Of a DNA stretch of 64,000 nucleotides, positions 57,003 to 64,000 are shown piece by piece. Where the stretch lies: IMG/VR virus record IMGVR_UViG_3300017649_000004; one strand, written 5' to 3'. A program made the translations under genes and the position numbers. Source of the DNA: a virus (Duplodnaviria; Heunggongvirae; Uroviricota; Caudoviricetes). Below the pieces are notes generated by a model that saw nothing but the letters and a program-made list of their open reading frames with translations, was not told where the DNA came from and searched no databases. How positions within the stretch are numbered: position 1 is the first letter of the stretch; each line of letters starts with the position of its first letter.

Positions 57003-57163
57003 GCCCTATACCGAGCGTAAATTCACCTTGCAAGCATCCCCGAGCCGCAAATTTTGGCTTATGGCGAACATTGTTTTTTCCGAGTTAACATAATGATTTA
57101 ACTGGCATTACCTAATATTTCACGGTATGTCTGAGCCGAGCCCTGCAAGGCGGGAGAAACGCA

Positions 57164-57490
57164 GTGGGAAGACGCGTAAATATCTTTACGGCCCTCACCA
57201 AATCCAGACCGAAACGAGACAATCTAGTGGAGCCGGGAGACGTAGCTCTCCTGCTGAAAAGCGACGGTTCCACGGAAGTGCTTACATTCGGTTATGACAC
57301 TTCCAGATTGGAGCAGCCGGATTATCTGCTGACGGAGATGGACCGTTTCATGATGAAACAGGGCGAGATAATCTTCGCGCTCGCCGTGGCAGCCAACAGC
57401 CCCAAGATCATGGATCAGCTAATCGCCTGGGCCGCGGATCCCGAGGTTGTCGACTTCGCCACGCTCCACGCCATGCAAAAGAGACACTGA
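57164..57490 (+). CDS. hypothetical protein
   Basis: 108-aa ORF. Confidence 0.45.
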   Translation: MGRRVNIFTALTKSRPKRDNLVEPGDVALLLKSDGSTEVLTFGYDTSRLEQPDYLLTEMDRFMMKQGEIIFALAVAANSPKIMDQLIAWAADPEVVDFATLHAMQKRH

Positions 57491-57497
57491 CCACGGC

Positions 57498-57758
57498 ATG
57501 AACAGACTGAGGCTTGAATTTGCGACCCTCGGGTTCCTCTCGGAGATGCGCAAACAGTTCGCCTTGCTGCACCCCGACAAGGAATGCCCGATCGGCAGCT
57601 TCGAGGAATACTCCCCGGAGCAGCGGTCTGCCCTGATGGCGGCCGTCCAAAAGGCGATCAAGTTCGGCGCCGACGAAAGTGACGCCCTCTTCATCCAGTG
57701 GCGCCAGCGCCGGGAAGAGCAAGCCGCGCAATCTTCCGACAGCAGTCCACTACAGTAG
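57498..57758 (+). CDS. hypothetical protein
   Basis: 86 aa from an internal ATG. Confidence 0.4.
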   Translation: MNRLRLEFATLGFLSEMRKQFALLHPDKECPIGSFEEYSPEQRSALMAAVQKAIKFGADESDALFIQWRQRREEQAAQSSDSSPLQ

Positions 57759-57803
57759 TCGCTATAACGTAAGTATGCACTTATTGACGGAGCATACTTA
57801 TGG
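57744..57803 (+). promoter_or_regulatory. full promoter/5'-hairpin element
   Basis: AGTCCA - N10 - CGCTATAACGTAAGTATGCACTTA ... AGCATACTTATGG. The start codon is inside the distal arm. Confidence 0.45.
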
Positions 57804-58087
57804 TGCTGGAAATGCTACTCGCGACGGCAATCGCGCACGACAAGCTCGGGCTCGATATGCGCGCTACGCGTGACGGAACAAACGAACCAACCGTGCGCCT
57901 GTGGGCGCGCGAGGGCGGCGTCAAATTCACGCTGGCTGAACTCTCCGAAAGCCAGCTCAACGCGATGATCACCGAGGCAAAGCAGGGCCTGAAGCCGACA
58001 GTGCCCGAGCCGGTCACGCGCGTTCCTGTAGATCCGCAGGTCACCACCTATCAGCGTCCTCGGCCGCATCTGACGGTGGTGCAATGA
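57800..58087 (+). CDS. hypothetical protein
   Basis: 95 aa. Its ATG is embedded in the downstream arm of the promoter/hairpin element. Confidence 0.45.
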   Translation: MVLEMLLATAIAHDKLGLDMRATRDGTNEPTVRLWAREGGVKFTLAELSESQLNAMITEAKQGLKPTVPEPVTRVPVDPQVTTYQRPRPHLTVVQ

Positions 58088-58290
58088 AAGTCCTCTACCA
58101 GAAGCTCAAGCAGGTCGCCGACAAGGAGGAGCGCCCCTACAAGGTGGGAATCGAGGTTGTGACCGGCTCATACCTTGAGGGCCAGGTCGTTGCGGCCGAC
58201 AGCTACCACCTGCATCTGATCAGCGATGACTACCACTGGTTCCTCAATTGGGATCACATCGTGGGGCTGACGATCAAATGGACGGCCTGA
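58084..58290 (+). CDS. hypothetical small protein
   Basis: 68 aa, ATGA overlap. Confidence 0.4.
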   Translation: MKVLYQKLKQVADKEERPYKVGIEVVTGSYLEGQVVAADSYHLHLISDDYHWFLNWDHIVGLTIKWTA

Positions 58291-58712
58291 CGATCACCGG
58301 AGGCGACGAGCAGCTCCACGAGGTCTTGAAAGCGATCCTCGGCGGCAATCGGCGCAGTGCCCGTGTTAGCGGATACAGTCCCGATGGCTGTTGGATCGAC
58401 GAATACACGACGACCCTGCGGCCGATGCCAAAGGTCTACGCGACCTTCACCGACGAGCGTGTGCCCGACGTGATGGTCCAGATCGTGGACGGCAACATCG
58501 AGCATCCCCGGTTCAAGCCTGTGAAGAGCCGGAAGGGCGAAACCCTGCGATTTCAGACGCCCTACCAGGTCAAGGTGAACGAGAAGGTGCTGCCCAAGGT
58601 CTACATGACACTGCGGGGAGCATCGAACAACGCCAAGACGATCCTTCGGGAACACGTCGAGGCATACATCAGGGAGAACATCGCCAACAATCCGACCTTC
58701 GGAATGTTCTGA
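58278..58712 (+). CDS. hypothetical protein with C-terminal ...NPTFGMF tail
   Basis: 144 aa from ATG at 58278. Ends 'IANNPTFGMF'. Confidence 0.5.
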   Translation: MDGLTITGGDEQLHEVLKAILGGNRRSARVSGYSPDGCWIDEYTTTLRPMPKVYATFTDERVPDVMVQIVDGNIEHPRFKPVKSRKGETLRFQTPYQVKVNEKVLPKVYMTLRGASNNAKTILREHVEAYIRENIANNPTFGMF

Positions 58713-58743
58713 GCCCGGCGGACGGCGAGCAATCGCCGAGCTC

Positions 58744-58796
58744 GGCCCACGCTTTCGCTCGTTATAACGTGTAAGTAAGCGCATACTAAGGAGGGT
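58744..58796 (+). promoter_or_regulatory. full promoter/5'-hairpin element
   Basis: GGCCCA - N10 - CGTTATAACGTGTAAGTAAGCGCATACTAAGGAGG. Confidence 0.45.
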
Positions 58797-58799
58797 GCT

Positions 58800-58991
58800 A
58801 TGCAACCGCCGAAGAACGTTTTGGATTACCTCGCTGATTGTGCTGAACAGGCAGGCGAGGCCTTTCCGGGCGAGATTAAAGCCCGACTCTGGAATCCCGG
58901 CGCCCACGGTCCTTCATCGACCACAGCGCTGATCGTAGGGCTTGTCGATGGGCGTGACGTGAAGATCACCGCTGAGGTGATGCTGTCATGA
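58800..58991 (+). CDS. hypothetical small protein
   Basis: 63 aa, RBS AAGGAGGG. Confidence 0.4.
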   Translation: MQPPKNVLDYLADCAEQAGEAFPGEIKARLWNPGAHGPSSTTALIVGLVDGRDVKITAEVMLS

Positions 58992-59236
58992 GCACCAACA
59001 AGCGCCGTCGCGAAATCATGGCTTTCGCGAAAACCCTTTGTCCTGACGCTCGTATGGAAATGTCAGGCGACAACCATCTGCGCGTCATCTTTACCGGGCC
59101 GCTCGGGACCAGGAAGGTTCACCTGTCCCTGACCCCATCGGACCATCGTGACGCCAAGAACAGCCGACGCGACATGCTCCGCGCTGCGCGCACCGTCGGT
59201 CTCATCCCCGCGAACGACTCCAGAAAGGAGGGCTGA
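58988..59236 (+). CDS. hypothetical small protein
   Basis: 82 aa, ATGA overlap. Confidence 0.4.
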   Translation: MSTNKRRREIMAFAKTLCPDARMEMSGDNHLRVIFTGPLGTRKVHLSLTPSDHRDAKNSRRDMLRAARTVGLIPANDSRKEG

Positions 59237-59237
59237 C

Positions 59238-59786
59238 ATGAAGAAGGTCGTTCAGGAGGCACGCAAATTTGCCAAGGCACATCACAAGGAACAGCGGCGT
59301 CCCTACACGGGACGCCCTTACGTCGAGCATCTGAAGGGTGTCGCTGGCATCGTAAGCAAGGTTCCAGGTGCAACGCCGCAGATGATCGCTGCGGCCTGGC
59401 TGCACGATGTGGTGGAGGACACGCCCGTCGATTTCGATGAGGTCTACTCACGCTTCGGTTATGAGGTGGGCGAGCTTGTCGATGCCCTGACCAACTACAC
59501 GAACAAGGACCGGCAGAACGCCTTCGAGCTGAATTGCATCCGGCTCGAAATGTCACCGGCGGCCGCACAGACCATCAAGTGCGCCGACATCCTGCACAAC
59601 GTCTCCGACATCATCGCTGTCGCGCCACGGGGTAAAGCGCTGTCTTACGTCGGCGAGAAGCTGTCGGTTCTTTCCAGGCTCAACTCCGCGGATCCCGATC
59701 TGCGCGCAAGGGCGATCGAGGCCTGTCTTGCCGTCCAGCTCGAGGACGCGCTCGAGGAGCCGGCAGCAATGAGGATGGCCGCATGA
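59238..59786 (+). CDS. small alarmone hydrolase, RelA/SpoT-type HD domain ((p)ppGpp hydrolase-like)
   Basis: 'AHHKEQRRPYTGRPYVEHLKGVAGIV...AAWLHDVVEDTPVDFDEV...FGYEVGELVDALT' matches the SpoT/Mesh1 HD signature HxxxxR...PY..H...LHDxxEDT...FG.eV..LVd. Single-domain, 182 aa. Confidence 0.7.
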   Translation: MKKVVQEARKFAKAHHKEQRRPYTGRPYVEHLKGVAGIVSKVPGATPQMIAAAWLHDVVEDTPVDFDEVYSRFGYEVGELVDALTNYTNKDRQNAFELNCIRLEMSPAAAQTIKCADILHNVSDIIAVAPRGKALSYVGEKLSVLSRLNSADPDLRARAIEACLAVQLEDALEEPAAMRMAA

Positions 59787-60097
59787 CGTTCCGCACCTCA
59801 GTCGCCTGCTTCGACATGAACGACCCGCTGAGCAAGTGCATCGCCGAATACTCCGCCATGATGCGCGGCGCCGGCCCAGGCACGGAGCTCTGCACCCAGT
59901 TGCGCGACCAGATGATGAACGATCCGCTGGTCGTCGCCAACGCCGAGGAGCTGCTCCAGATGATCCCGCGCAACGGCGATCAGGTCGACATAATCATGCG
60001 CGTTGCCTGCAAGCGCGTTCTTGCCCGCACCGCTGCTCAAGAGAAGAAGCAATCCCTCGCGCACCTTCAGACGAACCCGCTGTTCGGAATGTTCTGA
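59783..60097 (+). CDS. hypothetical protein with C-terminal ...NPLFGMF tail
   Basis: 104 aa. Ends 'LQTNPLFGMF'. Confidence 0.5.
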   Translation: MTFRTSVACFDMNDPLSKCIAEYSAMMRGAGPGTELCTQLRDQMMNDPLVVANAEELLQMIPRNGDQVDIIMRVACKRVLARTAAQEKKQSLAHLQTNPLFGMF

Positions 60098-60169
60098 AAG
60101 CGCTGTCCCCTGCGTAAGCCCATATTTTTCAATGCTAAATTCTACACAGTGAGAACAGGAGTAGTCTTG

Positions 60170-60547
60170 GTGAATATCGAGAACATCAATCGGCTGATCG
60201 CCGCGCTCCGCTCGCCAAAAGGTGTGGGATTTAACCTGGGAACCTACGTGGGGGAGCAAACCGACAAATTGCCTGACCAGACAGGCAACAACCTTCCGTA
60301 TGTGGCGTGCCTGGCTGGTCACGCTTTCATGCTGCACACGGGAATGCCGCCTGGCGACGCAAAAGAGGTCGATCCAGACACCATTGAGGAAGCCGCTGTG
60401 GCGTTCCTCGGTGTCTCCCGCCGCCAGGGCTGGGAGCTGTTCTTCGACCTCCCGGATGAGGTCGTGCTTGAAACAATCACCGTCGACCAGGCGGTCGCCA
60501 CGCTGGAGCGGCTGAAGGCGACTGGCGAAGTCCGCTGGGAGCTCTGA
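60170..60547 (+). CDS. hypothetical protein
   Basis: About 125 aa with a GTG start and RBS AGGAG. Confidence 0.45.
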   Translation: MNIENINRLIAALRSPKGVGFNLGTYVGEQTDKLPDQTGNNLPYVACLAGHAFMLHTGMPPGDAKEVDPDTIEEAAVAFLGVSRRQGWELFFDLPDEVVLETITVDQAVATLERLKATGEVRWEL

Positions 60548-60548
60548 A

Positions 60549-60791
60549 ATGGAACTCAATCGCGAACCGATGCGAGCCGAAACGCTCGCCAAGCTCATCG
60601 AGTATCTGACCGCCTGCATGGAGGTAGGCTGGGAAGGCAGCGACACTGCGGATGACGTGGAAGTCTGCACCATCTCCAACATGATCGAGGCGCCAGGTCT
60701 CGACGGCATCAACGCCGGCATTCGCATTGGTCTCGTGGATGAGACGGGCAAGCGCCGCACGGTCGAGCTGCTCGCGCGCGAGATCCTCTGA
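60549..60791 (+). CDS. hypothetical small protein
   Basis: 80-aa ORF. Confidence 0.4.
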   Translation: MELNREPMRAETLAKLIEYLTACMEVGWEGSDTADDVEVCTISNMIEAPGLDGINAGIRIGLVDETGKRRTVELLAREIL

Positions 60792-60884
60792 ATGTGCCTC
60801 TCACGCCCCTCAGAGAACCCTGCCGCGCTCCAAAGCGTGTCGTGAGACTCTCAATTCATCGAAAATCACTGAAGCGAGCATCAC

Positions 60885-61730
60885 ATGCCCAACCACGTCA
60901 CCCACCGTCTGATCATCACCGCGCCGTCCAAGGAGGCGCTGGACAATTTCATCGTGTCGGTCGCGTCTAAGGACGAAAACGACTTCTCCGCGTTCTGCTT
61001 CGAGACACTGGTCCCGACGCCGATCTGCATCCAGGAGTCCGAGTCCTCGAGCGACGTTGAGGTCGGTCTTGCTCTGCTCGATCGGCTCGACTGCTCCGAC
61101 AGGATGTTTGGCGCGAAGACGCTTGACGAGTTCGTCGCCCAGTATCTCAGCTATTCGTGGGTCCAGTCCGCGGGCGTCACCAACAAGGACGAGCTGCTCG
61201 ATTTCCTGCGCAAGCGACATCCGGAAGCTGAGGCGAAAGCCATGCACGCCATCAAGTGTAAGGAGGAGACCGGACACGCCGATTGGTATTCCTGGCGCAT
61301 CCAGAATTGGGGCACCAAGTGGAATGCCTATTCGGTCGATCTTGAGCGCACCGACGACACCACTGTCGAGTTGAAATTCGACACCGCCTGGTCGACGCCG
61401 GAGCCGATCTTTGCGGCGATCGCCGAGAAGTTCCCGGATCTTCGCATCATCGGCGCCTGCTTCGATGAAGGCTGGAACTTCGCGTGCGGCATCAAGATCG
61501 GCGACGGCGATTGTGTGATCCTCGATGCACCGAACGATCACATGGACCAGCTCTATGCGTTCGTCTACGGCGCATGGCCGGAGCATGATGACGAGGACGA
61601 GGCGCAGCTGATCGAGCACGACGAACTGCCGACGCCGGCACGGATCCTCGAGGATCTGACCAAGGCTAAGGAAGCGAAGAAAGCCGCAGTCGTAGCCGCG
61701 GCGAAGGAAGTCGCAGTCGCAGCGCAGTAG
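60885..61730 (+). CDS. hypothetical protein with WGTKWN motif
   Basis: 281 aa. 'WYSWRIQNWGTKWNAYSVDL...FDTAWSTPEPIFAAIAEKFPDL' is reminiscent of the Api92/DUF1281-like family. Confidence 0.45.
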   Translation: MPNHVTHRLIITAPSKEALDNFIVSVASKDENDFSAFCFETLVPTPICIQESESSSDVEVGLALLDRLDCSDRMFGAKTLDEFVAQYLSYSWVQSAGVTNKDELLDFLRKRHPEAEAKAMHAIKCKEETGHADWYSWRIQNWGTKWNAYSVDLERTDDTTVELKFDTAWSTPEPIFAAIAEKFPDLRIIGACFDEGWNFACGIKIGDGDCVILDAPNDHMDQLYAFVYGAWPEHDDEDEAQLIEHDELPTPARILEDLTKAKEAKKAAVVAAAKEVAVAAQ

Positions 61731-61834
61731 GGCGCCGCGTCCCGCGAAGGCCGTCTCCTTTCGAGGAGGCGGCTTTTCTTTTGGCCGAACGAATCCCACG
61801 GTCGCCCGTTCTACCGGCTGTTGGAGTCGGTTCG

Positions 61835-62152
61835 ATGAGTAATCAGTGGTGGTCGCGTCCCGTCCACGTCGCCGTGAGCAACGGCACCTCGGTGGTGGTC
61901 AATAACAACCGCCTTGCCGCGGAAATGCTCCTGAAATGGCCGCTGGAAGGCTCAGAGAAGGCCGCCTGGGCCCGGCGCGCTACCCTGCGCTCCATGGAAC
62001 GTCCTGACGATCCTGGGCCTCTCCTGTCGGCGCAAATGTGGTTCGAAGCGGCCGCCGAGGAGGCAGGGCTGCGCATGGACCCGCCACCGCCCTCCATGGC
62101 ACCCAAGACATTCAAGACACCGGTTTGGCGACGGCGGAAATCTCGCCATTAA
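61835..62152 (+). CDS. hypothetical protein
   Basis: 105 aa from an internal ATG with RBS GGAG. Confidence 0.35.
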   Translation: MSNQWWSRPVHVAVSNGTSVVVNNNRLAAEMLLKWPLEGSEKAAWARRATLRSMERPDDPGPLLSAQMWFEAAAEEAGLRMDPPPPSMAPKTFKTPVWRRRKSRH

Positions 62153-62946
62153 TCCCCAAAAGCGCACCGTTCGTTTGCGCCACCCAATGAACGATAACCT
62201 TCCATTATCGTGCATTATCCCGGCCGCGCTCCAAATCGCGCTCTGATAGATCAGAAGCATGAGAAGCGCGCACGACGCGCGAAGCGAGATGAGCGAGGGG
62301 AGAACGGACATGAGCCGTCATTTATGAATTGGAGGGTGGCTACCTCCGTAACAATAGCCCGGTCAAGAACCGTTACACATACGGAGGGAGCTCCTTCATA
62401 AGAGGCAGGCGCGTCGGGACGGTGTTGAGAAACCGGCGGCCAGGAGCTCTCCCGCCTGTCACCGCGCCCGTCAGGGGTAGTCTCGGTGAAATTTCATCAA
62501 GGGCTCGGCATTGCGCCGACCAGAAACCGCTTGAGTGCTCACAATCCCCACGGTGAGCTGGCGGAGAGCTCGGCTTGCATAGGCAGGTCGTTCGTCCCGA
62601 CCGGCGCCGTGGTGATCAATGACCACTCGTGCCGCTCCGCGGAGCTTGCTAAGGTGCAAACAGATTCGAGGGCAGAAGCAGCCGCGCCGTGCCAGCCGGC
62701 GCACCGGGAGGATGAGCCAACCCGGCTGAGGCAAAACAGGCTTTGCCCTCGAACTGGAGGTGACGCCATGTGGTTCTTTCCATTTAGCGCCGCCCTGGAG
62801 ATACGAAAAACCCGGAGCGGCTGGCTAGTGCGACTCCGGGTCAATTTCGTAATCTAGGAAACGAGGGGCAGGTTCGCGCCTGCTCCTCACTCCGGGAATA
62901 TGACCTCTCTCCCCTCCCCTTTCAAGTCCTGAATACGTTCCGTCCG

Positions 62947-62990
62947 ACATCCAACTTCTCGCTCGCTATAAGTAAATCATTACTAACAGC
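62947..62990 (+). promoter_or_regulatory. full promoter/5'-hairpin element
   Basis: ACATCCA - N10 - CGCTATAAGTAA - atca - TTACTAAC. Confidence 0.45.
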
Positions 62991-63009
62991 AACGCGCGAG
63001 CAAGCGACG

Positions 63010-63387
63010 ATGAACACTCAGGTCCAGATTTCCCTTCACGCAGACTGCGCACTCGACAGCAGCCGCTATCACGTCCGCGCAGTCCTTCCGCGCATCCTCG
63101 AGCGCGAATTTCTCAAGATCATCCGTGGTCACGGCCACATGACCGGCGACCTCAACGGTCTGCGCGTCGAGTTCTATGACGCCGACTATGAAGGCGAGGA
63201 AATCGCTTTCGGCTACGGCTGCATCAATCAGGACGTCTCCTTCAGCCTGAAGCCTGGTCAGGAAGCCCTGGTCATTGACCTGTCGATCAGCAAGGGACTC
63301 GACCATGCCGCCGGCGAGCTGCCGGACTGCTTCTGGTGCGAACCTGCAATGATCATGCGCCGTCTCCTCGGCGCCATTCAGCACTGA
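63010..63387 (+). CDS. hypothetical protein
   Basis: 125-aa ORF preceded by a promoter/hairpin element. Confidence 0.45.
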   Translation: MNTQVQISLHADCALDSSRYHVRAVLPRILEREFLKIIRGHGHMTGDLNGLRVEFYDADYEGEEIAFGYGCINQDVSFSLKPGQEALVIDLSISKGLDHAAGELPDCFWCEPAMIMRRLLGAIQH

Positions 63388-63398
63388 TGGAGGGCACA

Positions 63399-63683
63399 AT
63401 GACCGACTTCCTGCGCAAGCTCATCACCGACGCCGTGGCGGCCGGCTTCACCCTCGACGTCAACCATGAGGGCGAGACGGACTACCTCGGGACCAACCCC
63501 GATGAAGCCTACAAGGCGGCGACGGCGTGCGACTGCATGTGGATCAACCTCATCGCCGCCGACGGCAAGGTCACGGGCTACGCGCTCGTCATCAACGGGC
63601 TCAACGACGACGAGGTGATCGCCGACTACTCCGGTCAGTGGCTCGATGAATGGTGGAACCGGAACATAGGGAGCAACCTGTGA
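63399..63683 (+). CDS. hypothetical small protein
   Basis: 94 aa from ATG with RBS GGAGGG. Confidence 0.4.
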   Translation: MTDFLRKLITDAVAAGFTLDVNHEGETDYLGTNPDEAYKAATACDCMWINLIAADGKVTGYALVINGLNDDEVIADYSGQWLDEWWNRNIGSNL

Positions 63684-64000
63684 TGGACATTTTCTCCAAG
63701 GTGAAGGTCGACGAGGCGCTCAGACCTTACGTGTGCCTCTCGACCGACAAGCTGGCCGAGCTGATCCGCGAATGTGCCCGCTCAACCGATCCTGCCGACG
63801 CCATGTCGAAACGGCTCGAGGAGATCGGCCGCAACAGGCGTCAGGCGATCGAGGAGAACAAGGAGGTTCGCAAGCGAGAGGATAAGGCGTTCTTCGAGAA
63901 CTACACCCGCTGGCCTGGCTCCTACTGCTGCGTGAAGGAGCAGCCATGGCTTCCAGGGCAGACGCGCAGGTTCGGCACCGTCTACCTGGACGAGTTTCAA
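63683..64000 (+). CDS. hypothetical protein (partial, continues beyond the window)
   Basis: ATG at 63683 overlapping the upstream TGA. The frame is open to the window end. Confidence 0.4.
   Translation, partial: MDIFSKVKVDEALRPYVCLSTDKLAELIRECARSTDPADAMSKRLEEIGRNRRQAIEENKEVRKREDKAFFENYTRWPGSYCCVKEQPWLPGQTRRFGTVYLDEFQ

Noticed and set aside
62150-62990. tmRNA, RNase P RNA or a group I/II intron in the large non-coding region
   Set aside because: I found no match to the conserved cores by eye (no GGAAAGTCCGGGCTCC, no tag-peptide reading frame with T-arm/CCA, no domain-V consensus). The region is kept only as an unclassified structured candidate.
7720-62990. Interpreting the CGCTATA boxes as ordinary host sigma-70 promoters with a -35 at 17 bp
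   Set aside because: TTGACG occurs only sporadically (for example 24773). It is not at 17 bp spacing. The conserved upstream box is CCCA at about 12-13 bp, so the canonical -35/-10 model does not fit.
1-64000. CRISPR arrays, rRNA and tRNA genes
   Set aside because: No regularly spaced direct repeats with unique spacers, no rRNA-like conserved stretches, and no cloverleaf-like sequence ending in a CCA context in the intergenic gaps. A tRNAscan-type search was not possible here.

Overview
High-GC window that reads as a bacteriophage genome, possibly a phage-plasmid, most likely from an alphaproteobacterial host. About 90 tightly packed genes, nearly all on the + strand, with frequent ATGA/TGATG start-stop overlaps. 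Gene order: end of a structural module (collagen-like tail fiber with a C-terminal S74 self-cleaving chaperone domain, then a Gly-rich fiber protein); PhoH; replication (DnaB-like helicase, primase, ATP-dependent ligase, DnaE-type Pol III alpha, gp32-like SSB, FEN, RecA/UvsX, SbcCD, RuvC-like resolvase, DnaQ-like exonuclease, RNase H); nucleotide metabolism (NrdAB, two glutaredoxins, ThyX, dUTPase, dNMP kinase, MazG-like, two HD hydrolases including a RelA/SpoT-type small alarmone hydrolase); a CobT (vWA) and CobS (AAA+) pair; and a phage sigma-70-family factor. Minus-strand genes occur only in two places: a RepC-like plasmid initiator with a divergent RHH/XRE switch (13.1-15.4 kb), and a probable horizontally acquired island (52.4-57.1 kb) with a DNA methyltransferase, a convergent PD-(D/E)xK candidate restriction endonuclease, an integrase-fragment pseudogene, small TM peptides and an SPFH protein. 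The strongest non-coding signal is a conserved intergenic element repeated about 27 times, always on the coding strand just upstream of start codons: CCCA box, N10, CGCTATAW (-10-like), then a GTAAGTA-loop-TACTTAC hairpin. I read it as phage promoters coupled to 5'-terminal mRNA stem-loops. Other observations: a C-terminal ...NPxFGMF-stop tail shared by four unrelated small proteins with an identical 15-nt DNA sequence; a second shared C-terminal tail (AAATGDLAAA); an 807-aa GHKL-ATPase protein; an (AAAGCAC)5 leader in front of the SSB gene; and a hairpin-dense non-coding stretch of about 0.85 kb at 62.15-63.0 kb. No rRNA, tRNA or CRISPR array was recognised by eye.
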